Below, piece after piece: positions 16,578 through 26,897 of a stretch of 64,000 bases of DNA. Positions within the stretch are counted from its first letter, which is position 1. The number at the start of each line of letters is the position of its first letter. This stretch comes from a virus (taxonomy: Duplodnaviria > Heunggongvirae > Uroviricota > Caudoviricetes). The notes below the pieces were generated by a model, which saw only the letters and a program-made list of their open reading frames with translations, was not told the DNA's origin and searched no databases. Location: IMG/VR virus record IMGVR_UViG_3300044712_000123; one strand, written 5' to 3'. Both the position numbers and the translations under genes were made by a program.

Positions 16578-17564
16578 TTAGCATTCCATTTCAGGAACAA
16601 TAGACAATTCTACAGAATTCATGTATTGAAGTATATTACTTCGGTGAGGCTCGATAATGAACATGATACTGTTCTTCTCGGTGTTATTCCCGTGAATCAC
16701 AATCGTGTTTGAACTGCCCACACCATACATAGAACGTTTGCTTCCTGTCAAAAATTCAGGCATCCAGCATGTTCTGCTTACAGGATACCCACCTGTATCT
16801 TTAATAGTCATCATGATTCTGATTGTTCTACCACCAATGAATGCATCATGGATAGTGTTGATACGTGACAGGTCGTTGAAGTAGAATTCTGTTCTAGTTC
16901 CCACGACTAAATCTTGAGGTCGTTTGACCATAGTAATGACGGTGCCTGCACTTTGCTTTAACAGTCCATTACTACCATCTTGTAGGACACCCATAGTCTC
17001 GTTGAATACTTTAATGAACTCATAGTTCCATGATAGTTCAAAAGGAACAGTAAGCAACGCATTTCTTTTATAATCAATTGAAAGTGAGTATGGAAATTGC
17101 TTAATGGTGTATGCTCTTTTTGGATAGTCTTGTAGAAGTCTATTCAGTACCTGATCTCCGGTGCGTTTTTGTTCGAGGTAAGTTTGATATTGCGCACCGA
17201 TTCGGCCACCGTCAACGTACCCAGAGCTTTTGCCAACAGATAGAATCTGATTGGTGAGCTTACTTTCAGATACAAGCACATCTACCGTGACACGATATCT
17301 ACCGTTGTTATTGATGCTACCTACGATTTTGAAATCGTCTACAAAACCTGCACTATGTACAATCACTTGGTCAGTGATAGTCTTGTTATTCAGGTGTTCT
17401 CGTTCGCTTAGAATGATAGTACCAACTTTAATTTGCACAGCCTCAGTGAAAGCATTTTGCTTGGCTTGTTCAAACGAACTACCTTCACCGAAAGTGCGTA
17501 TGTAATTAGAGTCGGCTACCGCATTGATAGCGATAGCCGCTATCAGCAATAACAACCAACGCAT
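16578..17564 (-). CDS. secreted hypothetical protein with an N-terminal signal peptide
   Basis: MRWLLLLIAAIAINAVA signal-like N-terminus. Confidence 0.45.
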   Translation of the reverse strand: MRWLLLLIAAIAINAVADSNYIRTFGEGSSFEQAKQNAFTEAVQIKVGTIILSEREHLNNKTITDQVIVHSAGFVDDFKIVGSINNNGRYRVTVDVLVSESKLTNQILSVGKSSGYVDGGRIGAQYQTYLEQKRTGDQVLNRLLQDYPKRAYTIKQFPYSLSIDYKRNALLTVPFELSWNYEFIKVFNETMGVLQDGSNGLLKQSAGTVITMVKRPQDLVVGTRTEFYFNDLSRINTIHDAFIGGRTIRIMMTIKDTGGYPVSRTCWMPEFLTGSKRSMYGVGSSNTIVIHGNNTEKNSIMFIIEPHRSNILQYMNSVELSIVPEMEC

Positions 17565-17566
17565 GA

Positions 17567-18196
17567 TTAGTTACCGAAACGTTTACGAAGGCTTTCAGCT
17601 TGGCGATCACTACCCAAGTCCCAACGAATAGTGACAGCTACCTCTTGAGGGCCTACGATTTCTTGTTTGACAGTTTTAAAGCCACGCAAGATACCAGTAG
17701 CATTGACACGAATCGTTTCAGTCAATTGGTATGCAGTGTTGTTTGAATTTTCACGTACACTGTGATTAGAGTCTTTTTCTGCATCAGTGTCAGACATTGC
17801 TACCACTTCACCTTCAACAGTTTTTGACTTCAATCGGTCACTAGCACGTTCAACGTTCTTGGCGATTGTGTTGGTAACACGTGAGCTAGTAACTTCTTCA
17901 TTGATAAAGTGACGAACCTGAGCACGGGCACGATCACCTGCACGAATCAACGCAGTACGACGGTTAGATTCAGTGTTGCCGTTAGTTGCGGCTGTGCCAA
18001 TTGATTCAATAGAAACGATATCACATTCATTCTTATTGACAGTGTACCACTTGCAGTCAGTTTCAATCTTGATGCCTTCTGCTACGAATGTGGTTGACAG
18101 TTTCTGATTGCGAATTGGTTCGCTTGAATTAGTCAACGGATTTGAACTACAACCTACGAGGGCAACAGTTGCAAGTGCGATCAATGCGAGTTTCAT
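17567..18196 (-). CDS. putative lipoprotein
   Basis: MKLALIALATVALVGCSS lipobox. Confidence 0.5.
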   Translation of the reverse strand: MKLALIALATVALVGCSSNPLTNSSEPIRNQKLSTTFVAEGIKIETDCKWYTVNKNECDIVSIESIGTAATNGNTESNRRTALIRAGDRARAQVRHFINEEVTSSRVTNTIAKNVERASDRLKSKTVEGEVVAMSDTDAEKDSNHSVRENSNNTAYQLTETIRVNATGILRGFKTVKQEIVGPQEVAVTIRWDLGSDRQAESLRKRFGN

Positions 18197-18249
18197 GTTT
18201 ACTCCAAAAAGTTTAGATGTTCATAGTATAGCACATGTTGATATTAATG

Positions 18250-19815
18250 TCAACCTTTTTGTGCTTTCAAATATTCTTCAATCTCAAGTTTTTCAGTTTC
18301 GGACAACAACTCTACATCATACTGCCCATTCTCGATATTATCTACTAGGTACTTGATGTATTCCTGATTGTGTAGATAAGAATCCGATTGTTCCTTGTTA
18401 ACCTCGATCCATTTGGAACTGTCAAATTTGTATACACGATTTGGTAATGCATCAACACGAACAAACACATCACCCTTTGAAGCATAATCTGGGAACTTAG
18501 TGCCAAAGTTAGTGCTGATATTTCTTACTGAGTCAGCAGTCAATCTAAAGAGTTCAGGATGCAATCCTTGCAATGCATCTTTGTGCATCAACGCACCGTT
18601 GTAAGTGACATACCCACCTTCAACTTCATTGATTGGATCTTCTTTAGTAACGTTCTCGGTTATGATTGGAGCTTCTACTTTTGGTTCTGGTTTGTATACC
18701 ATCGGAGTAGTATCTTTAAAGTGATCGAATCCTGCTAGTAAGTATGGGTGTTGTTCAAAGATAGACTTTTCTTCTTTGACTTCTACCACTGGTTCTTCTA
18801 CTTGAGTTTCGTCATAGTCTAACGGGTGCTCACCTAAGTCCACGAACTTAACGGGCTCTTTGGGTAGTATAACTTCTGGAACTTCTTTTTCAATCTCGTC
18901 AATTAGTTTGTTACCTTCATCAATATCAGGGAACAACTCTGACTTAGTGATTACTTCACCTACAGGTTCTTCTTTGATTACTTCACGTAATTTTTCTAAC
19001 GCTTCTTCGTTAATAGGCCCGTCATCAGGTTCATATGCAGGTTCTTCATCGTCCCAATCTTTACTCTGGTTGGCAGCTAATACAAGTGCAATAGCAAGCG
19101 GATCAAATACAGCAACAAGCAAGATAATAACCCAACGAACAGCGGCTTCTAGCATGTTCTCGTCAGCATTGTCACCGTAAATCAATGCGGCGATATATTT
19201 TATTGGTCCTACTTCTGCCTCGACTTTACGTACCTCTGCGGCCAGGGGCGCTCTCTCCTCAGATAACTGACTAATCGTTTTCTGTTCGGCTTGGATTTCT
19301 GCAATAATACGTGCTCGTTCTTTTTGTTGACTTTTACGGACTGCAACTGCTTTATCAGCACCCGTTTCTGATGTACTTCTGCCCATGATCTGGTCCACAG
19401 ATTCATCCATCTGTTTAAGTACTTTACGGTTCGCATCAATGTTGTCCTTCGCTGTTTTAATTTTTTCGTCAAAAATAGATACTTTCGCTACTGCGTCACC
19501 TGACACTACACCTTGATCCATGTGTGCCTTTGACAAGAAGCCAAAGATACCCATACTTGTTAGCATTGCTAATGCAACTACTGCCGGAACAAGATATAGT
19601 TTAATAAGCCAACCAGCACGATGCCAGTATTTGCGTAGCCAAACTGTTGTAGTGATCTTCCCCACTTCGAGGATTGAACCCATGATAATAACTGGAATAA
19701 CCGCACCGGCAAAGATAGCAGTTAGACCAATGATACTATAGTAGGCTGCTACTGAGCTAAGTGACAGTGCTACTAATAGAGTGAGATTAGAAAAGGATAG
19801 AAATTTTAAGCGCAT
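18250..19815 (-). CDS. membrane protein with N-terminal transmembrane helices, a central coiled-coil, an acidic linker and a C-terminal globular domain
   Basis: Composition only; several hydrophobic helices and a Gln/Glu/Lys-rich heptad region. Confidence 0.45.
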   Translation of the reverse strand: MRLKFLSFSNLTLLVALSLSSVAAYYSIIGLTAIFAGAVIPVIIMGSILEVGKITTTVWLRKYWHRAGWLIKLYLVPAVVALAMLTSMGIFGFLSKAHMDQGVVSGDAVAKVSIFDEKIKTAKDNIDANRKVLKQMDESVDQIMGRSTSETGADKAVAVRKSQQKERARIIAEIQAEQKTISQLSEERAPLAAEVRKVEAEVGPIKYIAALIYGDNADENMLEAAVRWVIILLVAVFDPLAIALVLAANQSKDWDDEEPAYEPDDGPINEEALEKLREVIKEEPVGEVITKSELFPDIDEGNKLIDEIEKEVPEVILPKEPVKFVDLGEHPLDYDETQVEEPVVEVKEEKSIFEQHPYLLAGFDHFKDTTPMVYKPEPKVEAPIITENVTKEDPINEVEGGYVTYNGALMHKDALQGLHPELFRLTADSVRNISTNFGTKFPDYASKGDVFVRVDALPNRVYKFDSSKWIEVNKEQSDSYLHNQEYIKYLVDNIENGQYDVELLSETEKLEIEEYLKAQKG

Positions 19816-19853
19816 TAGAATATTTATGTGTTTTTGTTCTCCGTAGAGTAATA

Positions 19854-20057
19854 CTATTCTTTGAATAAATGACCAAATGTATTGATAAATTCAGTGGCTC
19901 CCATGACCAATTTTCTAGGGATGCCGGGACCTTGTGAGATAAGGTATGTAATTAAATGACCACCTCGGTCTTCATCGGTTCGCTTACACTGAATGACTTC
20001 GATTTTGTTACCGTCTTCGAATGTGTAGCTTTTGCCTACTAATTCTTCTGGTGTCAT
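19854..20057 (-). CDS. hypothetical protein
   Basis: ORF on the track. Confidence 0.35.
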   Translation of the reverse strand: MTPEELVGKSYTFEDGNKIEVIQCKRTDEDRGGHLITYLISQGPGIPRKLVMGATEFINTFGHLFKE

Positions 20058-20578
20058 TCCTCATCCTCTGAAAACATTGCTTCAATTTCAGCAAGTCGTT
20101 TTTTGCTTTCGTTTTCTTTCAAGACACCTGCTTCGGTCAATTCGATAGAAGATTCGCAGTAGGGACAAACATGCTTGGCTTCGTCAAGTTCATTACCTTT
20201 GTCGTCTTCCCATTTCCATTCAGCATCATATGACTGTCCAGTCCACTTGCAGTTGGTACACTTGTGTGTAGGCTCCGGCGGGGTATCAGGTGTCACCCAA
20301 CTAGATTCGTCACCTACTTCAAACGTGACTTCGTAACCACCTTTACGATCAGTCCACCAGTCATCATACTGGCGATCCCATTCAATCTCTACATCATTGT
20401 CGTAGGCATCTTGTAACAGTACTTCCAGATCAACTTCACCATCAGCAATTTGCTGTAGCATAGTTGCAATTTCATCTTCATCCATATCAGGATAAATTTC
20501 GCTGAGTTTATCAGCATCAAGTTCGTATGCGAATTGTGCATCTACTTGATGCCATTCATGTTTTACTAGTGTTACCAT
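20054..20578 (-). CDS. acidic protein with a C-terminal zinc ribbon (CTNCKW...CPYCES)
   Basis: Two CxxC pairs and very high Asp/Glu content. Confidence 0.4.
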   Translation of the reverse strand: MVTLVKHEWHQVDAQFAYELDADKLSEIYPDMDEDEIATMLQQIADGEVDLEVLLQDAYDNDVEIEWDRQYDDWWTDRKGGYEVTFEVGDESSWVTPDTPPEPTHKCTNCKWTGQSYDAEWKWEDDKGNELDEAKHVCPYCESSIELTEAGVLKENESKKRLAEIEAMFSEDEE

Positions 20579-20713
20579 AATATCTTTCCTCTATAGCTTT
20601 CAATTTTTGCTCATATTCACGATTAATCGCTTGGTCACACTTATACCAAATGACAAAAAGAATTGTCATTGGTATAAAAAACAGAACGAAGGCTATGATG
20701 CCTGCGGTCCAAT
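20560..20713 (-). CDS. small single-pass membrane protein (about 51 aa)
   Basis: MNWTAGIIAFVLFFIPMTILFVIWY...; read by eye. Confidence 0.25.
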
Positions 20714-22060
20714 TCATTTGTCATCCCTGAATCGGACAAAGCGAGGGAATCGCAATGAATAAGTTCCGTCTTGATTCTGCGTGATTACATCACACATGAC
20801 CTCAGCAGTGCGACCAATGACCAAATTGCGATTAGCCCAATAGTCATCTCGATCACCATCACTAAAACCACTACCAACGTTGACAGAAATCTCTTTTCCG
20901 TCATCCACACCTGCACAAACAAGTGCTCCCAAGCGTCCGATATTACGTCCAGTACCTTCTTCAACACCGACAACCTCCAAGTCTACAGTGATAGTTGGCT
21001 TCCACTTCATCCAATCAGTACTACGCTTGCATTGATATGGAGCTTCCATTTCTTTAATCATGATGCCTTCGAACCCTGCATTCACATTGTCCTTAGCATA
21101 ACGCATCAACTGATCTTTACCTTCCGCTGTGTTAAGGTCAACCATGATGTGTGGGAGTAGTTCAACGTTAGGCATAGTGTCAACAACAGGACGCATAGCA
21201 TCTAGCAATGCAATACGCTTTTTCAACTGAGCATTCCAATGACCTCGACGGAAGTCATCAAGAGGAACAATGTCAAAGACATTAAACACACTGTCGTCGG
21301 CTTGAACGTCACTCTTACGGCGTGCCTGACGCATGAGTTCTTGGAATGTGTTACCGATCACTTCACCGTCGAGTACGAAACCATTGATAAGACCACGACC
21401 TTGATCTGTGCCAGAACACGATTTAACAATATTGGCGTAGTTGTCACGAATCTGGTCTTCGATATGACCGAAGTTATCAAACTGTTTGCCATTGCGACTG
21501 TAGCAAATAGTAGTTACTTCACCGTCACTAGGGATAACCAGGAACAACGCACGAACACCATCCAACTTAGGCTCAAGTCGTTTAGTGCCCTTCATTTCAG
21601 GACGACCCTCACTGTTAGTTGCTAGTTGGCAACCAAAGATTGGGATTTCGTAGTCTGTCTTTTTACAGATTTTGTTGATAGTGGTTGACGAGATACCGGC
21701 GCGCATGTCTCGGCGCAGTACAGGAGCACAGAAAGTATTCCATTCTTCGCTGTCAAATTGTTCTGCTATGTCTTGAATGGCGTCACGTGCGGCGTGACCA
21801 GTCAGTTGGCGCTGAGAGAGTTGAACGAGTAGTTCATTGAATTCCTGCCAAGGGTTCCCAGCGCCAACTATACCTACAGTGTCAGGGATTTGCTTGACAC
21901 CGAATGTTACGAAAGGGTTGTAACAGGCTTTGAGTAAGCCCAAAAAGATTTGTGAGTTTGTGCTACCAAGCACAGCAGCCTCGAGGGCTTGTTTGAGTAC
22001 ATCTTCCTTGTGAAGACGACCATCAGATTCATTAAGTTTGCGAATCCAAGATGCAGACAT
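20714..22060 (-). CDS. ATP-dependent DNA ligase
   Basis: KLDGVRA adenylation motif (KxDG), a 448-aa T4-gp30-like architecture and a GGAG ribosome-binding site. Confidence 0.85.
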   Translation of the reverse strand: MSASWIRKLNESDGRLHKEDVLKQALEAAVLGSTNSQIFLGLLKACYNPFVTFGVKQIPDTVGIVGAGNPWQEFNELLVQLSQRQLTGHAARDAIQDIAEQFDSEEWNTFCAPVLRRDMRAGISSTTINKICKKTDYEIPIFGCQLATNSEGRPEMKGTKRLEPKLDGVRALFLVIPSDGEVTTICYSRNGKQFDNFGHIEDQIRDNYANIVKSCSGTDQGRGLINGFVLDGEVIGNTFQELMRQARRKSDVQADDSVFNVFDIVPLDDFRRGHWNAQLKKRIALLDAMRPVVDTMPNVELLPHIMVDLNTAEGKDQLMRYAKDNVNAGFEGIMIKEMEAPYQCKRSTDWMKWKPTITVDLEVVGVEEGTGRNIGRLGALVCAGVDDGKEISVNVGSGFSDGDRDDYWANRNLVIGRTAEVMCDVITQNQDGTYSLRFPRFVRFRDDK

Positions 22061-22087
22061 TGATTACTCCGTTCATTTAATAAGACA

Positions 22088-22116
22088 ATTATACATCAGA
22101 TTGTATTTTTTGTCAA
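22088..22116 (-). promoter_or_regulatory. consensus sigma70 promoter (TTGACA, 17-nt spacer, TATAAT) for the ligase
   Basis: Reverse complement reads TTGACAaaaaatacaatctgatgTATAAT. Confidence 0.65.
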
Positions 22117-22347
22117 CTGTCTATACCGAATTAGGCATTCTTCGATAACCTCAGTTGGCACCTGATCGTACTCAGAAAGTGTACTACATTTGTATTCAAT
22201 TACAACTGCGTCCGGATCATCATAACCGTTTTCATCTGAATCGGCTCCAAGCCAAAAGAGTACAACAATAATTGTTAGGATGGTGATGACGATGTTTTTT
22301 AGCATTGCGTATTTACTACAGTTTTTGTTCTTCTGATAAAATGCCAA
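22096..22347 (-). CDS. small membrane protein
   Basis: NIVITILTIIVVLFWL hydrophobic helix. Confidence 0.35.
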   Translation of the reverse strand: MAFYQKNKNCSKYAMLKNIVITILTIIVVLFWLGADSDENGYDDPDAVVIEYKCSTLSEYDQVPTEVIEECLIRYRQLTKNTI

Positions 22348-22627
22348 ATAAGTCTAACTTAGAAATTTCAGTCATAGCGGCATCGATTGTTTTGATGCCA
22401 TCTTCTAATCGGTCTTTTGCATTCTTCAATGTATCTTTGTTCATGCTACGAATATAACGGCTGGTAGCAGCCATCTTAGAAAGATTACATTCAGCACCAA
22501 CGACAGTCAGGTTTTGCATTACACACCCGTCATCGTACTTGCTACGAAAGCCATTCAACAGAGCGATCTCCTCGTCAGACACTTCGCAAATGAATGCAGT
22601 ATTACTTACCTTTGCAATTACTTTCAT
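22316..22627 (-). CDS. hypothetical protein
   Basis: ORF on the track. Confidence 0.35.
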   Translation of the reverse strand: MKVIAKVSNTAFICEVSDEEIALLNGFRSKYDDGCVMQNLTVVGAECNLSKMAATSRYIRSMNKDTLKNAKDRLEDGIKTIDAAMTEISKLDLFGILSEEQKL

Positions 22628-22630
22628 ATG

Positions 22631-23056
22631 TCACCAGCTTGAGTTGTAAAACACTTTGCGACCAAGGAAGCATTCTGCCTTAGCATCAATACAAAACTTG
22701 AGGTCTTGTTCTTTATAGTATTCATCACTTGGATCACCAAAGAAGAAACCAGTAGTACCTAACTTTGACATGTGACCATTCTTGATATCTTGTTCAAGCA
22801 TATCAATATCATCCCAAGTCAATTCAAGTTCTACACCATTGAATTCCTCGTCACCGCCTTTAGCTTCCCACAATTTCTGCATCCAACCATGCAAATTAGG
22901 ATGCTTGCGCCAGTATGCAAGTTCTTGTGGTTCTTGAACGCCACCTTCAGGAACGTTCCAACCACCTGTCACGGGATTAAACTCAAGATTTTCTTGTTCG
23001 TAAAATTCATCACGTTGACCTGGTTGACCAACGTATGCATACATATCGAGACCCAT
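22631..23056 (-). CDS. hypothetical protein
   Basis: ORF on the track with a GGAGG ribosome-binding site upstream. Confidence 0.4.
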   Translation of the reverse strand: MGLDMYAYVGQPGQRDEFYEQENLEFNPVTGGWNVPEGGVQEPQELAYWRKHPNLHGWMQKLWEAKGGDEEFNGVELELTWDDIDMLEQDIKNGHMSKLGTTGFFFGDPSDEYYKEQDLKFCIDAKAECFLGRKVFYNSSW

Positions 23057-23216
23057 GATTTACCTCACTTACAGATTCGGTTGATTTCTTCGGCAGTCTT
23101 ATTTGACTGTACATAAGCAATCTTACACTGACCTTTTTGATATTCACCGATACCGGCAGCAGCCATGCCACCACCAAAGATCACTGCCATTGCAATCATA
23201 GCCCATTTGACTTCCA

Positions 23217-23552
23217 TCATTTTACTCCTAAAAGTTTCTTTTCTTCGGCTGTCAATTTAGACAGTGCTTTTTCTTTAGCTTCAACTTCTGCTAATTGTTT
23301 GCGTAAGTTGTCACTAGTCACTACTGTGACTTCAGTGGTAGTAGTTTTACCTGAGGCTCGCTGGTGTGTAATGACCTCGCTAGAAGAAGGACACTTTGCG
23401 ATAAAGAAATTATAGCCTCGAGGATTGTCAACATACTTGACCAAACATCCGTCGGCTTCAACTTCATACTTGACGAAAGGTACAGACAGCGTATCTCTGG
23501 GGTTACAACCTGCTAACAGTGCAACAACTCCGATCAACAGAATATATTTCAT
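23217..23552 (-). CDS. putative lipoprotein
   Basis: MKYILLIGVVALLAGCNP lipobox; its start sits in the conserved coupling block. Confidence 0.5.
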   Translation of the reverse strand: MKYILLIGVVALLAGCNPRDTLSVPFVKYEVEADGCLVKYVDNPRGYNFFIAKCPSSSEVITHQRASGKTTTTEVTVVTSDNLRKQLAEVEAKEKALSKLTAEEKKLLGVK

Positions 23553-23827
23553 TCTTCAACTCCGAAATGTTCTTTGACTTGTTGTTTGACTGACTCCAGA
23601 CCCCAGAAGAATCCTTCGCTCACTAGGGCATTTTGATTGTCGTTGTATTGTGGCTGTTCATTAAAGGCAAATCCTGCTTTATTCACTCGGTCCATACATT
23701 CCTGCACAATCAACTCGGCGAATTTTTCTAAGTCAACACTTTTACCTTCATGAACTGATCCGTCGTGTGAGGTGTATGTTTCTACCAATGTTGCCTGGCG
23801 GCGTAGTTCTTTAATTCGTTCGTTCAT
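23549..23827 (-). CDS. EHFGVEE-family small protein (copy 2)
   Basis: LEKFAELIVQECMDRV...VKEHFGVEE. Confidence 0.5.
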   Translation of the reverse strand: MNERIKELRRQATLVETYTSHDGSVHEGKSVDLEKFAELIVQECMDRVNKAGFAFNEQPQYNDNQNALVSEGFFWGLESVKQQVKEHFGVEE

Positions 23828-23948
23828 TTTGCAGTCTCCACCGCAATAGCCTTTGTTTTCTCGATTCCATTGTCAAGCATTCGAGCGATGCCCGAGAAGC
23901 CAACCGTAGCGACTACGATACCAAAGATAGTACCAACAATAAAGTTTT

Positions 23949-24137
23949 TCATTTTTCAATCCTTACACACCAGGGTTTACGATAACCACCAACAACAGTG
24001 ATAGACCTTTCATTAGCAGATTGCGTAATGATAGATGCTGCCAATTCACAACTTTCTTTAGTCTTAAACTCAGGACCAGTGTTCACGTTCATTCCATATG
24101 CGAACATAACCATGATCCAAACAGAAGTAGTAATCAT
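23949..24137 (-). CDS. small membrane protein
   Basis: ITTSVWIMVMFAYGM hydrophobic helix. Confidence 0.3.
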   Translation of the reverse strand: MITTSVWIMVMFAYGMNVNTGPEFKTKESCELAASIITQSANERSITVVGGYRKPWCVRIEK

Positions 24138-24886
24138 AGAACCTTCACACGACCAAGTTGAGTAGAAACATCACGTTGACTTTTGACAACACCTTGAACA
24201 GTGAGCATAGTGCCAATATCATACTGAGTACGGTGTGCAAAGAAGACAACCTGATCTTCACCAGTGATACCGGTAATGTACCAAGTGTTAAACTTTTCAC
24301 TCCACAGTTGTTTCAATACTTCGATGTTAAGAGTTACCTTATCACCGATGCTACCCACAAAGCCACCACGTGCAAAATTGATACGGCGATCAACATCATC
24401 ACGTTTTGCAGACTTTTCATAACTAGCGGGAAGACTAACTACAACAGCAAGTTGGTATGTACTAGTGATAATATCATTGCCAGCAATGTCCATTGCATTC
24501 TTAGCAAAGTCACTCAGTTGTTTACCTTCAATAACCTTGAAAGTGAAACCTTTGAAATATTGACGAACACGCTCACCTTGTTGGCGATCATCAAGTGCAA
24601 TTTGTGTAGGATCCTTCAACAGTTCCTCAGCAATTTGCCGATTAGTCTTTTGAGTAGTACCCGGGGCGATTGCCTTGACATACTGACCATTGAGTCGCTG
24701 TGCCGCACATGCTGCCGCGAAAACGTCATCGGTGTTAAGTTCGAGTTTGCGAACACGGGGAGTTGATGCAACCGGCTTTCGATATGCATACGGGTTGCGA
24801 ACGAAGGGTTCATCATAGTCATCAGCGTGACCCATACGGCGAACATCTTCGTAAGTCATACCACTAACGTCAACAAATCCAGGCAT
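24134..24886 (-). CDS. hypothetical protein
   Basis: ORF on the track. Confidence 0.45.
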   Translation of the reverse strand: MPGFVDVSGMTYEDVRRMGHADDYDEPFVRNPYAYRKPVASTPRVRKLELNTDDVFAAACAAQRLNGQYVKAIAPGTTQKTNRQIAEELLKDPTQIALDDRQQGERVRQYFKGFTFKVIEGKQLSDFAKNAMDIAGNDIITSTYQLAVVVSLPASYEKSAKRDDVDRRINFARGGFVGSIGDKVTLNIEVLKQLWSEKFNTWYITGITGEDQVVFFAHRTQYDIGTMLTVQGVVKSQRDVSTQLGRVKVL

Positions 24887-24895
24887 GATTATTCC

Positions 24896-25102
24896 TTAAG
24901 CAACAAAGTCAAACAAAAATCCATACGAACCGTCAGGGCTAATCTGAATTTTTGTATCCAATTCTTTAGACAGTTTTTTTGCAATTCGGTTAGCTTCCGA
25001 TGCAGTGCAAACCACACACAACGTACCGCAGAAAAATGAAGCCAAGTTATCAGACTTGAGAACTTTAGCGACTTTATCCAGAACAACTGTTTCGAAACCC
25101 AT
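24896..25102 (-). CDS. hypothetical protein
   Basis: ORF with an AAGGAG ribosome-binding site; a promoter lies 34 nt upstream. Confidence 0.4.
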   Translation of the reverse strand: MGFETVVLDKVAKVLKSDNLASFFCGTLCVVCTASEANRIAKKLSKELDTKIQISPDGSYGFLFDFVA

Positions 25103-25135
25103 TTTTGACTCCTTGTCTTAACTGTCTATGTATGT

Positions 25136-25164
25136 ATTATATACCCAAACTGATTTATTGTCAA
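25136..25164 (-). promoter_or_regulatory. consensus sigma70 promoter, cassette copy 3
   Basis: Reverse complement reads TTGACAataaatcagtttgggtaTATAAT. Confidence 0.7.
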
Positions 25165-25345
25165 GAGGGATCGACCAACGACAGGGTAATGTGGTCAGCA
25201 TCCATAACCTTTTGGAAACGCTGTGCCAACAGTAGAGCATGACGGGAATCGTCGGCAGTGATATCAACAGTCATGGACGCAGTTTCATCCGTACCCATGA
25301 AGTTGTCCAAATTTGTAAAAAAAAGTGTCAGTTTGTATTTTGTCA

Positions 25346-25621
25346 TTACATGCTCCAGAAAGATTCTGACGCAGGGTTGCAACACCAAGGAGTGTCACGG
25401 TCGATTTGCACATCTTGACCAGTCATCAGATTCTTGACTGTAATCATAGTAGGAAAGTATTCAAAACGATAATCGGGGTTCATTGTTTGACCAACTTGCA
25501 CAACAGCCTTCATTGTCTGCTCATCCATGTTTTTGAGAACTTGAGTATTAACCAGTTTCTCACCGGACTTAGCACGTTTGTCAGCCTTGTATGCGTACAG
25601 TGTGTAATCTTGCTTAGTCAT
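25346..25621 (-). CDS. hypothetical protein
   Basis: Internal ATG with an AAGGAACTGAA ribosome-binding site is preferred; the longer track ORF would run through the promoter at 25652. Confidence 0.4.
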   Translation of the reverse strand: MTKQDYTLYAYKADKRAKSGEKLVNTQVLKNMDEQTMKAVVQVGQTMNPDYRFEYFPTMITVKNLMTGQDVQIDRDTPWCCNPASESFWSM

Positions 25622-25651
25622 TTCAGTTCCTTTTCTCGATTCAATACATGT

Positions 25652-25680
25652 ATTATATGCCCAAAACGATTTATTGTCAA
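25652..25680 (-). promoter_or_regulatory. consensus sigma70 promoter, cassette copy 4 (identical 34-mer to copy 1)
   Basis: tattatatgcccaaaacgatttattgtcaagcc is identical to 8673..8706. Confidence 0.7.
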
Positions 25681-25683
25681 GCC

Positions 25684-25712
25684 ACAAAAAAGCCCCAATT
25701 AAGGGGCTTTGT
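25684..25712 (-). terminator. rho-independent terminator after 25727..26080
   Basis: Reverse complement reads GCCCCttaattGGGGCttttttgtgg. Confidence 0.7.
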
Positions 25713-25726
25713 TAGAACTAAAAGTA

Positions 25727-26080
25727 TTACTTTTTAGTAGCTTGGTTGACGAAGCCGTACATCTTTTCGGCAGCTTCTAAAATCTTATCTAGTCCTGGAA
25801 ACTCGGGCATTGCTACAGTAGTTGTTACTTGTCCAGTACGTTCATCTCTCAATGCAGTGATTTCCCAACCATGCATCTTAACTTGATAGTCTTGCATGAC
25901 GATGTCCTTAGCCATTGCTAGAACGTCTGCACGAATCTCATATCCGTTTTTGTTGAATTTAACTTCTGGTAGTTTTGGTGTTTCGAATTGCGACATGATG
26001 TGTCTCCTGTGTTTATGTGTGTTGATTATAACAGAATTGTTATGTTTGTTAATTATTTCGGCAAGATCGGAGTAGCCCAC
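25727..26080 (-). CDS. hypothetical protein
   Basis: ORF on the track. Confidence 0.4.
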   Translation of the reverse strand: MGYSDLAEIINKHNNSVIINTHKHRRHIMSQFETPKLPEVKFNKNGYEIRADVLAMAKDIVMQDYQVKMHGWEITALRDERTGQVTTTVAMPEFPGLDKILEAAEKMYGFVNQATKK

Positions 26081-26628
26081 AATTTCGTTAAACGATTGCG
26101 TAATTTTCCGAATTCATCGAATATTTCTTTTTGCTCTTTAAAGAGTTGTGCGTTAGCTTCAAAGACTGTTGGATTAGGAACCTCGATTGAGGCTGTGCGT
26201 TCACCGTCACCTCTACTTCTAGTTCTCAATTCATTCTTATTAGCCAAGTGTTGAATGACACGGTTATCTTCTATGCAATGCATATAGACCTCAGTGATAT
26301 GGTGAAACTTAGCCCATGCTAACATTTCAGTAATCAATTGATTGCCAATGCCTTGACGTTGAAAATCTTTCTGTACGGATACAGCAAGTTCCCATGAGCC
26401 ATCCTCGTTCTTTGCCATATGACCCCAACCCACACGTTCACCGTCATCACGTGCATACCACAGTTCGTGGTCTTGTGGATGATAGCACATACGCAAAACT
26501 AGTTGATCGATAGAGTGGTCACTTGCAGGATAACCGAAACGACTGACTTTATCATCAGGTGTCAGTGCCTTCAAGTGACGACTATAATCACTAATCTTGT
26601 ATATGTTAGTGTGATGGACTTGCATCAT
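26053..26628 (-). CDS. GNAT-family N-acetyltransferase
   Basis: Motif A QRQGIGNQLITEML. Confidence 0.55.
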   Translation of the reverse strand: MMQVHHTNIYKISDYSRHLKALTPDDKVSRFGYPASDHSIDQLVLRMCYHPQDHELWYARDDGERVGWGHMAKNEDGSWELAVSVQKDFQRQGIGNQLITEMLAWAKFHHITEVYMHCIEDNRVIQHLANKNELRTRSRGDGERTASIEVPNPTVFEANAQLFKEQKEIFDEFGKLRNRLTKLWATPILPK

Positions 26629-26695
26629 TTTAGTTTGCTTGCTTTGTATTCCTTGATTGATTGGATAGCTTCAAGGATGCTTAGGAAGAACTCTT

Positions 26696-26896
26696 TCATA
26701 GATAACCTTCTTTGGTTTTTCTATCGTATTCATTAGTTAGACGTTCTACGTCAGCGATATCACGTGGATTCTGACTGACAATGTATTCTTCTAACTGTGA
26801 ACCGTATGTTGGTTGTTTCTCAGAGATAAGTGCGAATAAGGGACCAATGATCCCTACTACTGCTAATGCACCTATTGTCAATAGGACACTAATCAT
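26696..26896 (-). CDS. small membrane protein
   Basis: ISVLLTIGALAVVGIIGPLFALI hydrophobic helix. Confidence 0.3.
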   Translation of the reverse strand: MISVLLTIGALAVVGIIGPLFALISEKQPTYGSQLEEYIVSQNPRDIADVERLTNEYDRKTKEGYL

Positions 26897-26897
26897 A

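Noticed and set aside
8673-25686. The four near-identical 33-34-bp repeats at 8673, 8881, 25136 and 25652, considered as CRISPR-like or mobile-element direct repeats.
   Set aside because: They are not regularly spaced. Each reads as a perfect TTGACA-N17-TATAAT promoter on the minus strand immediately upstream of a gene start, so they are promoters rather than an array.
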